DNA from: Candidatus Falkowbacteria bacterium
GTDB taxonomy: Bacteria > Patescibacteriota > Patescibacteriia > UBA11705
Length of the DNA: 64,000 nt
NCBI GenBank assembly: GCA_003518055.1
Contig: DOZJ01000002.1
Coordinates: 170,137-234,136 of the forward strand
Direction: 5' to 3'
Shown: in pieces, positions 19,516 through 29,752 of the stretch
Layout: every line of letters begins with the position of its first letter
Numbering within the stretch: position 1 is the first letter of the stretch
Position numbers and translations under genes: made by a program
The notes under the pieces: generated by a model
What the model was told of the DNA's origin: nothing
Seen by the model: the letters and a program-made list of their open reading frames with translations, nothing else
Database searches by the model: none

Positions 19516-19812
19516 AGTGTTAGAAAAAAAGTTTATTTCCGATAACTTTTTCCTATTTATCATTGTGAACCAAAACTTTGGTGAGTGCGGTTGATTGTCC
19601 TTCGATCCCCACGGCTAGGTGCTACACTTTACACATTGCTTGCTGCAAATTAACAACAGTTATCTTTAAATCACAGCATCGATCTGATTAAATTATTTAT
19701 TGCTGCCTTCAACTTTCATTATACCTCAATTTATTTTATGACCGAAATGTGTTATAATATTTTCAAGAAAAACAGCCGGAGATATCCGCAGCTGTAAATT
19801 TAAGTTATCGAC

Positions 19813-20988
19813 ATGAAGATTGCGTTTATCGGACAAAAAGGTTTGCCGGCCGTAACCGGCGGCGTGGAAACACACGTGGAGCGGCTGGCACTTGGCCTCA
19901 ATCGGGAGGGGCACAATGTTTTTGTTTATGCTCGATCGTGGTACGTAGCCCGCCGGCGCCGGACCTATCAAGGTGTAAACTTAATTTTTAAACCGTCAAT
20001 CAAAACCAAAAACCTTGATACGATCACACACGTTTTTTTCGCCTCGATTGATGCTGTCAGACGACATTTTGATATCATCCATTATCACGGTGTGGGGCCG
20101 GCGCTCTTGGCTTGGATCCCGCGGATTTTTTCTCCGCGCTCGAGAGTGATTATTACCTTTCACAGCATCGACCGTCATCACGGCAAGTGGGGCTCGCTGG
20201 CGAGATTTTTTCTCTTGCTTGGAGAGTGGTGCGCCGTCCATTTTGCTCATGAAACCATCACGGTTTCAAAGTATTTGCAGCGGTACACGCAAAAGCGCTA
20301 TGGCCGCAAAACGATTTATATCCCCAACGGCGTTGATGCCAATAAGTTAATCCCCGCCTCAGAAATTACTCGCCGGTTTGGTTTGGTGAAAAACAATTAT
20401 ATTTTATTTTTATCCCGTTTAATCAAGCACAAGGGAGCTCACTATTTGATCGAAGCCTACCAAAAACTTTACCCGACCAAAAAACTGGTGATTGCCGGCG
20501 ACTCGTCATTTACCGATAAATACGTCCGCCGCCTGAGAAATCTAGCGGAGTCAAATCCGAATATTATTTTTACCGGCGGCGTGCAAAAAAACAGCCGGCT
20601 GTGGGCTGAACTTTATTCCAACGCTTACTTGTTTGTTTTGCCATCTGATTCCGAGGGGCTGCCGATTGTTGTGCTCGAAGCCATGAGTTTCGGCCGCTGT
20701 TGTTTAGTCTCTGACATTCCCCAAAATATGGAGGCTGTCGCCGGCGGTTTCGGCTTCCACTTCCGCCGTGGTCGCGTGTTTAGTTTGCAGCAAAAACTGA
20801 AATATTTGCTTACTCATCCGGGCTTGGTTGACCGAGTTGGTCGAGCCGCTGCCGGCCACGTGTTGGTTGATTATAATTGGACTGATATTGTCAAGGCTGT
20901 TGATTTTGTTTATTCCTGCGCCTTGGAATCGGGTAAGGCGCACTCAATTTCAGCCTGTTTGAGATCAAGTCTGGCGCGTAACAAATAA
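19813..20988 (+). CDS. Glycosyltransferase family 4
   Basis: IGQKGLP..GGVE and SEGLPIVVLEAM (EX7E). Confidence 0.92.
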   Translation: MKIAFIGQKGLPAVTGGVETHVERLALGLNREGHNVFVYARSWYVARRRRTYQGVNLIFKPSIKTKNLDTITHVFFASIDAVRRHFDIIHYHGVGPALLAWIPRIFSPRSRVIITFHSIDRHHGKWGSLARFFLLLGEWCAVHFAHETITVSKYLQRYTQKRYGRKTIYIPNGVDANKLIPASEITRRFGLVKNNYILFLSRLIKHKGAHYLIEAYQKLYPTKKLVIAGDSSFTDKYVRRLRNLAESNPNIIFTGGVQKNSRLWAELYSNAYLFVLPSDSEGLPIVVLEAMSFGRCCLVSDIPQNMEAVAGGFGFHFRRGRVFSLQQKLKYLLTHPGLVDRVGRAAAGHVLVDYNWTDIVKAVDFVYSCALESGKAHSISACLRSSLARNK

Positions 20989-20997
20989 TGCTACTTG

Positions 20998-21306
20998 TTA
21001 TTCCTCGGGATCTTTATTGTTGTCAGCTGGGTTTACGATTTTAGGATTTGGGCTGAATTTTTTATTTCTGATTTTCCAGCGGTCAACAAATTGGCCAATC
21101 CCTCGTTCGTTCATTTTGTTTTGGATGGTTTGGCGGTTTTGCGACCATTCCACCAAGCTTTCAAAATTGATTTTATACCGGCCTTGAACCACGACATATC
21201 GCAATTCCTGGCGTCTGATTGCCCTTCGGATAGTATGTGGGTCAACGCCAAAGAGCCTCGCAGCTTCAGATACAGACACTCTAACTATTTTTGGTTGGTC
21301 GGTCAT
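20998..21306 (-). CDS. Excisionase-like (HTH_17/MerR-type) DNA-binding protein
   Basis: SVSEAARLFGVDPHTIRRAI...GRYKI. Confidence 0.8.
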   Translation of the reverse strand: MTDQPKIVRVSVSEAARLFGVDPHTIRRAIRRQELRYVVVQGRYKINFESLVEWSQNRQTIQNKMNERGIGQFVDRWKIRNKKFSPNPKIVNPADNNKDPEE

Positions 21307-21327
21307 ATTTGAGACAAATTCATCTAT

Positions 21328-21349
21328 TTGTATACACTAGTGTATACAA
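21328..21349. promoter_or_regulatory. Perfect 22-bp palindrome, probable operator
   Basis: TTGTATACACTAGTGTATACAA, just downstream of minus-strand promoter TTGACA-17-TATGAT (21360-21388). Confidence 0.65.
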
Positions 21350-21535
21350 TAATAAGATAATCATAGTAGTTTTAGCCGGATATGTCAAAAATAGCTAGAA
21401 TAAGCAGTTTTTATCTGGTTTACTTGGGCCCTTGGTTGTGTTGTAATAACAAAAGTCGCTTATTTTAGGTATTTACAATTAAAATCAAATATAGTATAAT
21501 ATTCCTAATATCGTTTACTCATTTAACCTTAAAAG

Positions 21536-21563
21536 TGTAACATCTTTACACTTCAGACGTCTA
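21536..21563 (+). promoter_or_regulatory. ECF-sigma promoter (autoregulatory)
   Basis: TGTAAC-16 bp-CGTCTA; a sigma70 promoter TTTACA-17-TATAAT also lies at 21472-21500. Confidence 0.7.
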
Positions 21564-21568
21564 CACTA

Positions 21569-22123
21569 ATGACAAGCCATTCATTAAAAGAGAAATATCT
21601 ATTATATAAGGTCCGCTATCAGCACGATGCCGGTGCTTACGGTTTGCTGTATGATGCCTATGTGGACAAAATTTTTCGCTTTGTTCTCTATAAAGTCTCT
21701 TCGGTCGAAGATGCGGAGGATATTACCGCTGAAGTTTTCCTTAAAAGCTGGCAGTTTATCCGCACCACCAATAAAAGGGTTAGTAATCTGAACGCCCTGC
21801 TTTATCGTATTGCCCGTAACGCCGTAATTGATTATTATCGTCAAAAAAAGCGTCAGGATTTACCATTGACCGACGAGGATCAGTACCGAGATATTGTTGA
21901 CTCCCGTGATGTGGAGCGCGACATCGATCTCAAGCTCGAAGTTAAAAATATCGAGCGAGCCCTCGACCGGATTAAAGACGATTATCGTGAAGTGATAATT
22001 TTACGCTACGTCGAAGACATGTCAATTAATGAAATTGCTTCCATTATTAACAAATCGAAAAGCAACGTGCGCGTTCTGCTTCATCGGGCGATAAAAAGAA
22101 TCCAGGAAATTTTAAGCGAATAA
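21569..22123 (+). CDS. ECF RNA polymerase sigma factor
   Basis: DAEDITAEVFLK, LYRIARNAVIDYYR and region-4 HTH. Confidence 0.92.
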   Translation: MTSHSLKEKYLLYKVRYQHDAGAYGLLYDAYVDKIFRFVLYKVSSVEDAEDITAEVFLKSWQFIRTTNKRVSNLNALLYRIARNAVIDYYRQKKRQDLPLTDEDQYRDIVDSRDVERDIDLKLEVKNIERALDRIKDDYREVIILRYVEDMSINEIASIINKSKSNVRVLLHRAIKRIQEILSE

Positions 22124-22136
22124 ACCATTATCTCAA

Positions 22137-23345
22137 ATGGAAAAAATATTCAAACAACTGGAAGATTTGAAAAACGTGAAACCAAGAGAAGATTGGGTTC
22201 GAGCCAATCGAGAAGTTTTGCTTGCGCAAATTAGTTCTCAAGGCCCGGTCCGCGAATCTTCTTTTTTTGGTATCCTGAATTTTATCCGAATGCTCGTACC
22301 GGCCGGTTTTGTTAATTTTTTAGCCAAGCCGTTTGGTGTTGTCACGGTCGCGGTTTTGTTTGTTTTGGGTTCGGGCGCGTTCACTGTTAACGCTTCCAAA
22401 TCAAGTATCCCCGGTGATATTCTCTATTCAGTCAAGCTTACTTCAGAGAAAGTTCAAGTGGGTTTGACTGTGTCAGAGAATAAGAAAACCGCCCTCCATG
22501 TTGATTTTGCCGAAGAGCGAATCAATGAAATTGAGCAGATCGCGGCGAGTACTATTGATGTCACTGAAAAAAGAGAAAAGATTTCGATCGCGGCTGACAA
22601 TTTCAAAGACAGCTTGAACAGTGTTCAAGAGTCTTTTGATAAGGTCAAAACCACCAAAGCTGAAAAAGACGTAATTAATCGTTCTATTGAGGTGGTTAAA
22701 CAAGTGGACCAGAAGGTTGAGGCCATTGCTCTTAGATTGACCAATAATGAAAGTCTAAAATCAGACGCGGCGGTGGTCAAGAGTATTGATTCGGCCAAAG
22801 CTGAAATTGCTGAAACTCAGGTTAAAGCGGTTGAGGTTATAGTGGATAAATACGACAAGGGTGAAATCGAGCTGACCAGTGAGGAATTGGTTGAAACGGT
22901 TGAAGCGAAAATAAAGCAAGTCGGTGATAAAATTACTGCCGTGGCGGAGCGTGAACGGACTGAGGTTACGTCAACCGACGTTGAGACATCGACTGTCATC
23001 ACGGATAGTCCTGAGTCTGTAAATGAAACTGTTGAGTCATCTGATTCATCAAGCTCTGAGACCGTTGTTGTGGCACCGGCTGATTCTGAATCCGCTCAAC
23101 GACTATTGGATGAGGCCAGTTCACTCTTGAATCAAGGTGATTTGATCAATGCGCTGGAAAAATTAAAAGAAAGTTCCGAGCTTGCCCGCCAGTATGAAGA
23201 AGTCATCCAACAAAAAATCGAGGAGCTGCAAAGCGCCGTTCCAACCACTGACCCTGTCTCCGACACCTCATCCGAAGTGACGGTTGAGCCGGAAACGCTG
23301 CCTGAGGATATTTCAGTTGAACCAAAAGCCCAAAGTGAGCTATAA
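22137..23345 (+). CDS. Putative anti-sigma factor with DUF5667-like domain
   Basis: Short N-terminal domain, one TM, SIPGDILYSVKLTSEKVQ motif, helical extracellular part. Confidence 0.7.
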   Translation: MEKIFKQLEDLKNVKPREDWVRANREVLLAQISSQGPVRESSFFGILNFIRMLVPAGFVNFLAKPFGVVTVAVLFVLGSGAFTVNASKSSIPGDILYSVKLTSEKVQVGLTVSENKKTALHVDFAEERINEIEQIAASTIDVTEKREKISIAADNFKDSLNSVQESFDKVKTTKAEKDVINRSIEVVKQVDQKVEAIALRLTNNESLKSDAAVVKSIDSAKAEIAETQVKAVEVIVDKYDKGEIELTSEELVETVEAKIKQVGDKITAVAERERTEVTSTDVETSTVITDSPESVNETVESSDSSSSETVVVAPADSESAQRLLDEASSLLNQGDLINALEKLKESSELARQYEEVIQQKIEELQSAVPTTDPVSDTSSEVTVEPETLPEDISVEPKAQSEL

Positions 23346-23549
23346 TATGGTACAGCGTTGTAAATTTATTGTTAATTAATTTATTTATAAAAACCCTGAA
23401 GAGTTTATATATAATTCGACAGGTTGTGTTAGCCCCAAAGGTCGGGCTTGAGAGATCAAGCAGCCAGCACATAAGATATTTAAAAAAAATGTGGGGGGTA
23501 TTATTAATTATTCCGATCGGATAATTAATGTATCTCTACACTGAAAGGA

Positions 23550-26500
23550 ATGCAATTAATTATGAATACACTCAAAAAGGTCTTTACCTTTTCAGTAGTG
23601 TTGACCACTATTCTTTGGTCAATGGGCGCTGCCGTGTTTGTACCGGTGGCTTCAGCTGTCACTTTGTCAGCTGGCGATTTGATCAAGGCTAGCGGGGCTG
23701 CGGTTTATTATTATGCCGCTGACGGAAAGCGTTATACTTTCCCGACCCAATCAACCTACATGACTTGGTACGGCGATTTTTCAGGTGTTAAGACAATCAC
23801 CGACAATGAATTGGCCGCCATCGATTTGGCTGGCAACGTTGTCGCTCGTCCTGGTACAAAGCTTGTAAAGATCACCACAGTTCCAAAGGTGTTCGCTGTT
23901 GAACCGGACGGTATGCTCCGCCACATTGCGAGTGAATCAGCTGCGTCAACATTATATGGTTCAGCTTGGGCCTCTCGCGTTATTGATATTTCAGATGGAT
24001 TCTGGGTCAACTATACCGACACCGGTATGGCTCTTACCGGCTCTGAATATCCAGCTGGACAATTGGTAAAAATGGCCTCTTCATCTGATGTTTACTATGT
24101 AAACGAAGATGGAACCTGGTCAAAGTTTACCAGTGGCAGCGCCTTTACCGCCAATGGTTTCAAATGGGCTGATATCGTAACTGCTCCGAGCACTATGTCA
24201 TTCTCAGCCGGTGCTAATATTACCGGTTATGACGCTGACCTCATGGATACGTCACAAGGCGGCGGTGCTGGTAGCGCCCCAACAACCGGTGGTAATGTAA
24301 TGGTTGGTTTGAGTTCATCAAACCCAACCGGCACTCGAATCATTGCTGATTCTACCTCTGGTGACGGTACTGAAGATATGTCCGCGGTTATGAAGTTCTA
24401 TGTGACCGCTTCAAGCGGCGACGTGACAGTTGATTCTGTTCGTCTTCATCGCCAAGGCATTTCAACCAATACCGATTTTGCCACTTTGTATCTCTATGAT
24501 GACGCCGGAACATTGATTTCCGACGCTCCGTCATACTCAAATAACTACTATACCTTTGGCACAAATTTCACCGTGTCAAGTGGTACCACCAAGACTCTTA
24601 CATTGAAGCTTGATTTGACCAATGGAACGTCCGCCAACAAGAGCGTGACCTTCTCGATCGATTCTGCCTCAGATGTAGTACTCGTTGGTGGCGGTAGCAT
24701 TTCCGGCAGCTTCCCGGTTTCTAGCAATGAGTTTGAAACCGCGGCTGTCAGCGATTTGGGCAAATTGACTTTGGCCCACGCCTCAGATCCTGGAACTTCA
24801 ATCGAAGCTGGTCTCGAAGATCAAGAGCTGTGGAGATTTACTCTCGCGGCCGCTGATCAAAAGATCCGCGTTGACAGTGTCAAACTGACCGCTGTCGGCA
24901 CGATCGAAGATGATACTTTTGAGAATCTCTTCTTGTATGACGGTATCTCCACTCTCGGTGAAGCCACTGGTTTGGATGCAGACAAGACTGTCGTTTTTGA
25001 CAATCTTGATTATGAAATCGCAGCCGGCAACACCAAGACAATTCAATTCCGAGGAGATATCCTGACTGGCACCAACCGCACTTTCTACTTCCAAGTACAA
25101 AATGCGTACGATGTCATGGCTTGGGATGTCAACTACAGCCGTTATATTCGCGTAAATCAATCTGATACTTACACGATTATTTCGGCCACCAACACGACCA
25201 CCATTAGCGCTGGTTCTCTCCAAGTGTCAAAAGCGACTGATTCACCAAGCGGCTCTTTGGCTGCCGGTGCGACCAATCAGCTTTTGGCCAAGTGGAGTTT
25301 CAAGGCTATCGGTGAAGACATCAAGGTTTCAAACCTCGTTGTCCGCACTGACGTCGGTGGCGCTTTGGATACCGATAACGTCGACAACGGTAAGGTTCTC
25401 GTCAATGGTACTCAACTTGGTACCACCAAGGACTTGGACTCTGACGCCACCAATGATGGTGACGCGACCGATGACGATGCTGCGGCTGATGATGACACCA
25501 CCTTCACCTTCGGCAATACTTTCATTATTCCCGCAGGTGAAACTTATGAAGTTGAAATTTATGCTGACGTCAAAACCGGCGCTGGCGTATCTATGGCTGC
25601 CAATGATTCGATTCTCCTGACTTTGGAAACCGGCGCCTCCAACTTCTTCCGCCAGCGCACTGGCACCACTGGTAACACCTCATCTTCAGCTGCCAATTCG
25701 TTGACTGTGGCTACCGCCAGTGTCACCCCGACCAAGAACGCTTCCATCGCTAACATGACTGTCGTCCAAAGCGCTCAAGAAGTCTTGATCGGATCATGGG
25801 TGTTTACGGCTGGTACCGCTGAGGACGTTGAGGTTAGTAGCGTAGTTTTCGTTGACGATGGCGCAACCGGTATCGGCGATGCCTTCCAAAACCTGTCACT
25901 TCGTGTCGACGGTGTTGAGGTTGGTACCTCTGTCAATCCGAGCGCGACCAACGGCGCGACTGTTACCTTGAACCTCAGCCCGAAAGTGACCATTGCGGCT
26001 GGTTTGTCCAAAACCTTTGACCTCTATGCTGATGCCAAAGATACGGCTAACGCCGAATGGACTGACACCGACGAAGTCGCTGTGGATTCTATTTCCGGTC
26101 TCGGATTGTCCACCAGCGCCACTGTGTCATACACCACGCCTGATGTCACTGGTCAACAGATCACCGTTGTCACCGCTGGTACATTAACCATCGCGGCGGC
26201 TCCGGCTCCGACCAACCCGACTGCGACTTATCTCGTGGCCGGCAAGACCAATCAAAGCGTTGCGGCTTGGGAATTCTCAGCCAACAACGTTGAAAATTTG
26301 ACGGTCTATCGTTTGGAGTTGACTGAAAACGGCACTGATGACTTACCTGGCAACGCTTCCAACTTGAAACTCTATGTTGATGGCGTCCAAGTGGGCAACA
26401 CCTTGTCAAGTTTGGTCAACAGCACTGCCAACACCGGCATCTTCTATGATGCTGATGGTATGTTCACGATTCCAAAAAATGACTCGGTGTACGTAGAACT

Positions 26501-27185
26501 GCGCATTGACGGTACAGGTACCGACAACGCCAGCTTCTCAACCGACGGCTCAGATCTCAAGTTCCAGGTCAGCAACGTAGCGACCCAAACCGACACTACT
26601 GATGTGTCAGCCAAGGGCGCCACTTCAAAGACCTACGCGACTGGTACTGATGCTGATTACGCGACCAACAGCCATAAGTTCGTCAAGACAAAACCGACCT
26701 TCTCTCTCGAGAGCGGCGTCTCAACCGTTTTGTCTCCGACAACCACTGAGGTCATGCGCTTCCGCATTACCGCTGATTCCAACTATAAGCTGACTTTGGA
26801 TTCAACTTCCAACATCCGCTTCACAGTCTTGGCTTCAGCCGCGGACGATGACAGTAGTTCTGAAACATGGACTCTGTATGAATACGCGACCAGCACTCAG
26901 CTTGACCAATTAACCGGTCAAGACACCAGCGATGCTACCAACACCACCTTAGACTTTGACTTTACTAGCAGCTCTTCAATTATCTCTGCTGGCAGTTACA
27001 AGGTTTACTACGTGGAAGGTAACCTCGCGGACTATGAAACCACCGGCGACTCAATCCGACTGCGCATCAACAACGCGGCGGCTGACTTCAGTTTTGATGA
27101 CGGTTCATCCGGATCAGCTGATCTCACCAACGCTAGTTTTGATGGCATTGGTTTGCCACTCAACGGTCCGGCTCTAGTCAAATAA
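23550..27185 (+). CDS. S-layer-like large surface protein
   Basis: Signal peptide; GDLIKASGAAVYYY..GKRYTFP repeats; T/S/D/G-rich beta domains; start may be 23562. Confidence 0.8.
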   Translation: MQLIMNTLKKVFTFSVVLTTILWSMGAAVFVPVASAVTLSAGDLIKASGAAVYYYAADGKRYTFPTQSTYMTWYGDFSGVKTITDNELAAIDLAGNVVARPGTKLVKITTVPKVFAVEPDGMLRHIASESAASTLYGSAWASRVIDISDGFWVNYTDTGMALTGSEYPAGQLVKMASSSDVYYVNEDGTWSKFTSGSAFTANGFKWADIVTAPSTMSFSAGANITGYDADLMDTSQGGGAGSAPTTGGNVMVGLSSSNPTGTRIIADSTSGDGTEDMSAVMKFYVTASSGDVTVDSVRLHRQGISTNTDFATLYLYDDAGTLISDAPSYSNNYYTFGTNFTVSSGTTKTLTLKLDLTNGTSANKSVTFSIDSASDVVLVGGGSISGSFPVSSNEFETAAVSDLGKLTLAHASDPGTSIEAGLEDQELWRFTLAAADQKIRVDSVKLTAVGTIEDDTFENLFLYDGISTLGEATGLDADKTVVFDNLDYEIAAGNTKTIQFRGDILTGTNRTFYFQVQNAYDVMAWDVNYSRYIRVNQSDTYTIISATNTTTISAGSLQVSKATDSPSGSLAAGATNQLLAKWSFKAIGEDIKVSNLVVRTDVGGALDTDNVDNGKVLVNGTQLGTTKDLDSDATNDGDATDDDAAADDDTTFTFGNTFIIPAGETYEVEIYADVKTGAGVSMAANDSILLTLETGASNFFRQRTGTTGNTSSSAANSLTVATASVTPTKNASIANMTVVQSAQEVLIGSWVFTAGTAEDVEVSSVVFVDDGATGIGDAFQNLSLRVDGVEVGTSVNPSATNGATVTLNLSPKVTIAAGLSKTFDLYADAKDTANAEWTDTDEVAVDSISGLGLSTSATVSYTTPDVTGQQITVVTAGTLTIAAAPAPTNPTATYLVAGKTNQSVAAWEFSANNVENLTVYRLELTENGTDDLPGNASNLKLYVDGVQVGNTLSSLVNSTANTGIFYDADGMFTIPKNDSVYVELRIDGTGTDNASFSTDGSDLKFQVSNVATQTDTTDVSAKGATSKTYATGTDADYATNSHKFVKTKPTFSLESGVSTVLSPTTTEVMRFRITADSNYKLTLDSTSNIRFTVLASAADDDSSSETWTLYEYATSTQLDQLTGQDTSDATNTTLDFDFTSSSSIISAGSYKVYYVEGNLADYETTGDSIRLRINNAAADFSFDDGSSGSADLTNASFDGIGLPLNGPALVK

Positions 27186-27216
27186 GTCTATTCTCAATTA
27201 TTGAGTTTAGATATAC

Positions 27217-27244
27217 CCAAAACTCCGCTTCGGCGGAGTTTTGG
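27217..27244 (+). terminator. Strong terminator after S-layer gene
   Basis: CCAAAACTCCGC-TTCG-GCGGAGTTTTGG. Confidence 0.85.
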
Positions 27245-27429
27245 TTTTTAAAATACGATGAGAGAGATTAAATTAGGGCGCTTAGGGGAGTTTTAGGCTA
27301 ATCAATTCATCTGGTATATTTTGTGATTTACAGCAATAAAGAATTCCACAGCCAGCTTTATTCAACACCTCGTTTGATAATATAATTCTCAAATGATATA
27401 ATTTATCTATAAATTATTGTGATTATCCT

Positions 27430-28098
27430 ATGGGGAAAAAACTGATTTTTGTCATGCTTTTGGCTGTTTTGGTTTTGGGCGGTTTTTGGGTCTATAAAGT
27501 TTTGTTTCTGGATAACGGAATAAAAAATTTGTCTGATCTGCCGTCTTGTGATTTTTACCGGGTCGATAATCCAGCTGTTGTGGATATGATTAACACCGCG
27601 TGCGACCTCGAATCTCAAGTCGGGGATGATGACGAAGCTCGGTTGAAATATTTGAACGCCGCGCTGGCCTGGAAAAGCGCCGCGGATGCCTTGCCGGTAG
27701 AACAAAGAGCTGATCTAAATCGCCGGGCGGTTGACGTTTATCGTTTCTACGAACAAAAATTTGATGACCACGCTTATTCATTACGGTGGAATATTGCCCA
27801 CCTGTATCAGGATTTGGGCGATTATAATCTGGCTGAAGAATATTATTTGAAAGCCATAGAATCAAACAACATCAACGCCGAACCCTATATCGCTCTGTAT
27901 TACCTTTATGACAAAGGGAATATCGAGAAAAATACCGCGGAAATTGATCAATACTTTGCCGATGCTTTGAAGCTTGTTTCTGAAAATCGAGACCAGTTGT
28001 TGCACCAGTATCTGACATTTTTGGAGAAAAATAATCTGACCGACAAAGCCGCCGAGGTTCGCGCCGAACTAAAGGTTCGTTATCCCGAATTATATTAA
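27430..28098 (+). CDS. Membrane-anchored TPR protein
   Basis: N-terminal TM; NIAHLYQDLGDYNLAEEYYLKAIE. Confidence 0.75.
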   Translation: MGKKLIFVMLLAVLVLGGFWVYKVLFLDNGIKNLSDLPSCDFYRVDNPAVVDMINTACDLESQVGDDDEARLKYLNAALAWKSAADALPVEQRADLNRRAVDVYRFYEQKFDDHAYSLRWNIAHLYQDLGDYNLAEEYYLKAIESNNINAEPYIALYYLYDKGNIEKNTAEIDQYFADALKLVSENRDQLLHQYLTFLEKNNLTDKAAEVRAELKVRYPELY

Positions 28099-28111
28099 GT
28101 TCCATTATCAT

Positions 28112-29680
28112 ATGAAAAAAATATTTTGTTTTATTAGCGCCTTGGCGTTATTAATCTTGCCGTCCGCGCCGGCTTTAGCGGCTGTCCAGGCGACTGTTAA
28201 TCCGTTGTTGAGTTCGGTTGTATATTCGTTTCATTTTGACCAGCCGGTACTGGATCTAAATCTTTCCGGGGTGGATTTCCTATACGCGTTAACGGTGGAA
28301 AATACCGGAGCCACAGCCAATGTTGGTGTTCATCAGCTTTGTTTGTATCAGGATGATGGCCCTGATGGTTTTGACGGTCTGGGGCTGGATTCTGACCTCG
28401 GGTGTGCCGCCTGGTCGGTCGAGGGCCAATATTGGTACTGGGATGATTTGTTTGTCTTTCTTGGTGATAACCCTCGGTTGTTTGTGACCGTTGAAACCAC
28501 CACCCTCAGCCGAACAATTCCCCTGCAGCTACGCATTCCATCGTATTACGACAAAAACAGCGACGGTGATTTTGACGCAGATGATGATCGTGGTTTGTTT
28601 GTCCTCGGTGAAACCGGTCTGCCGGCCGAGGCACTTCTCGATACCTCAACACATTATCTCGATTGGCGCTCCGGAAGCAATGCTGATTTATTCGGGCCAA
28701 AAATCGCGGTGACTAACTTATATGATGGTGATACGCTGTTTGACGGCTCGTTTTATACCATTGAGGGGCGAGCTCGTGATCAGGGAGGCGCTTTGATTAA
28801 AAGTTTAGAAATCTGCGTTGATGAGGTCTGTCAAATTGGATTTAATCTTGAAGATAATTTTCTCTACTGGGAATACGACTGGGTGTTTGACCATGACGGC
28901 GAGCATTCGATTTATGTCAAATCATTTGATAATGCCGGCAATGTAACGACAACGGCGCCCATGACTGTTCGAGTTGACAACAGCAATTCTTATTCAGCTG
29001 AGAATAGTAGCTACACCGTCAGTCAGACGGCTGCGGGCTTAAATCAAGTGGTTAGCGTAAATTTCGATATTCGAGATGTCAATAATGAACCTAAACCTGA
29101 TATTTTTGTTCAAGTTTATGAGTCCACCATGGGTGGTGTCCGACTAGATAAAAATGAAGGCTTTTCTGATGAAAACGGAGAAATCGTATTTGAAACTTGG
29201 TCAACGACTGCCGGTGAAGCCATGTATGATGTTTATATCAGTGGGGATTATTACGATACTTTTACCATTAATTATTCGGTTAAAACCGTTTTGGATTTTG
29301 AAACCGGCCGATTTATCAAATTAGCCGATCAATCAGCCGTCTATTTTCTTGACACCAATAATATCCGCCACGCCTACCCGACTCAAAAAGTGTGGGAATC
29401 ATACTGGGGGGCTGATTTTTCCCGCGTTGAGGTTGTCTCAAATGACATTATGGCCGGTTATTCCCTTGGCCGCAACGTCACGTTCAAGGCCGGAACGCTC
29501 ATGAAAATTCCTTCGGTGCCAAAAGTATATGAGGTGCAAAATACCGGTGAGATTCGATGGATTCAGGATGAATTAACCGCGAAAAATTTGTACGGCGACG
29601 ATTGGGCGGCCAAAGTCAAAGACTTGCCGGAATCATTTTTTACCGACTATGAAGAATCTGATCCACTGCCGGTCGGTTAA
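28112..29680 (+). CDS. Secreted Ig-like surface protein with C-terminal S-layer-type repeats
   Basis: Signal peptide; DGEHSIYVKSFDNAGN; GRFIKLADQSAVYFL...VPKVYEV similar to the N-terminus of 23550. Confidence 0.75.
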   Translation: MKKIFCFISALALLILPSAPALAAVQATVNPLLSSVVYSFHFDQPVLDLNLSGVDFLYALTVENTGATANVGVHQLCLYQDDGPDGFDGLGLDSDLGCAAWSVEGQYWYWDDLFVFLGDNPRLFVTVETTTLSRTIPLQLRIPSYYDKNSDGDFDADDDRGLFVLGETGLPAEALLDTSTHYLDWRSGSNADLFGPKIAVTNLYDGDTLFDGSFYTIEGRARDQGGALIKSLEICVDEVCQIGFNLEDNFLYWEYDWVFDHDGEHSIYVKSFDNAGNVTTTAPMTVRVDNSNSYSAENSSYTVSQTAAGLNQVVSVNFDIRDVNNEPKPDIFVQVYESTMGGVRLDKNEGFSDENGEIVFETWSTTAGEAMYDVYISGDYYDTFTINYSVKTVLDFETGRFIKLADQSAVYFLDTNNIRHAYPTQKVWESYWGADFSRVEVVSNDIMAGYSLGRNVTFKAGTLMKIPSVPKVYEVQNTGEIRWIQDELTAKNLYGDDWAAKVKDLPESFFTDYEESDPLPVG

Positions 29681-29721
29681 TTAGAATGTTGTCCCCAAGC
29701 GACAAAAATTAAATCGATTAC

Positions 29722-29752
29722 AAAAATCACCCTGATGTGGGGTGATTTTTTT
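29722..29752 (+). terminator. Intrinsic terminator
   Basis: AAAAATCACCCT-GATGT-GGGGTGATTTTT. Confidence 0.75.

Noticed and set aside
20998-21306. Prophage or ICE boundary at the excisionase-like gene
   Set aside because: No integrase, att pair or phage genes nearby.
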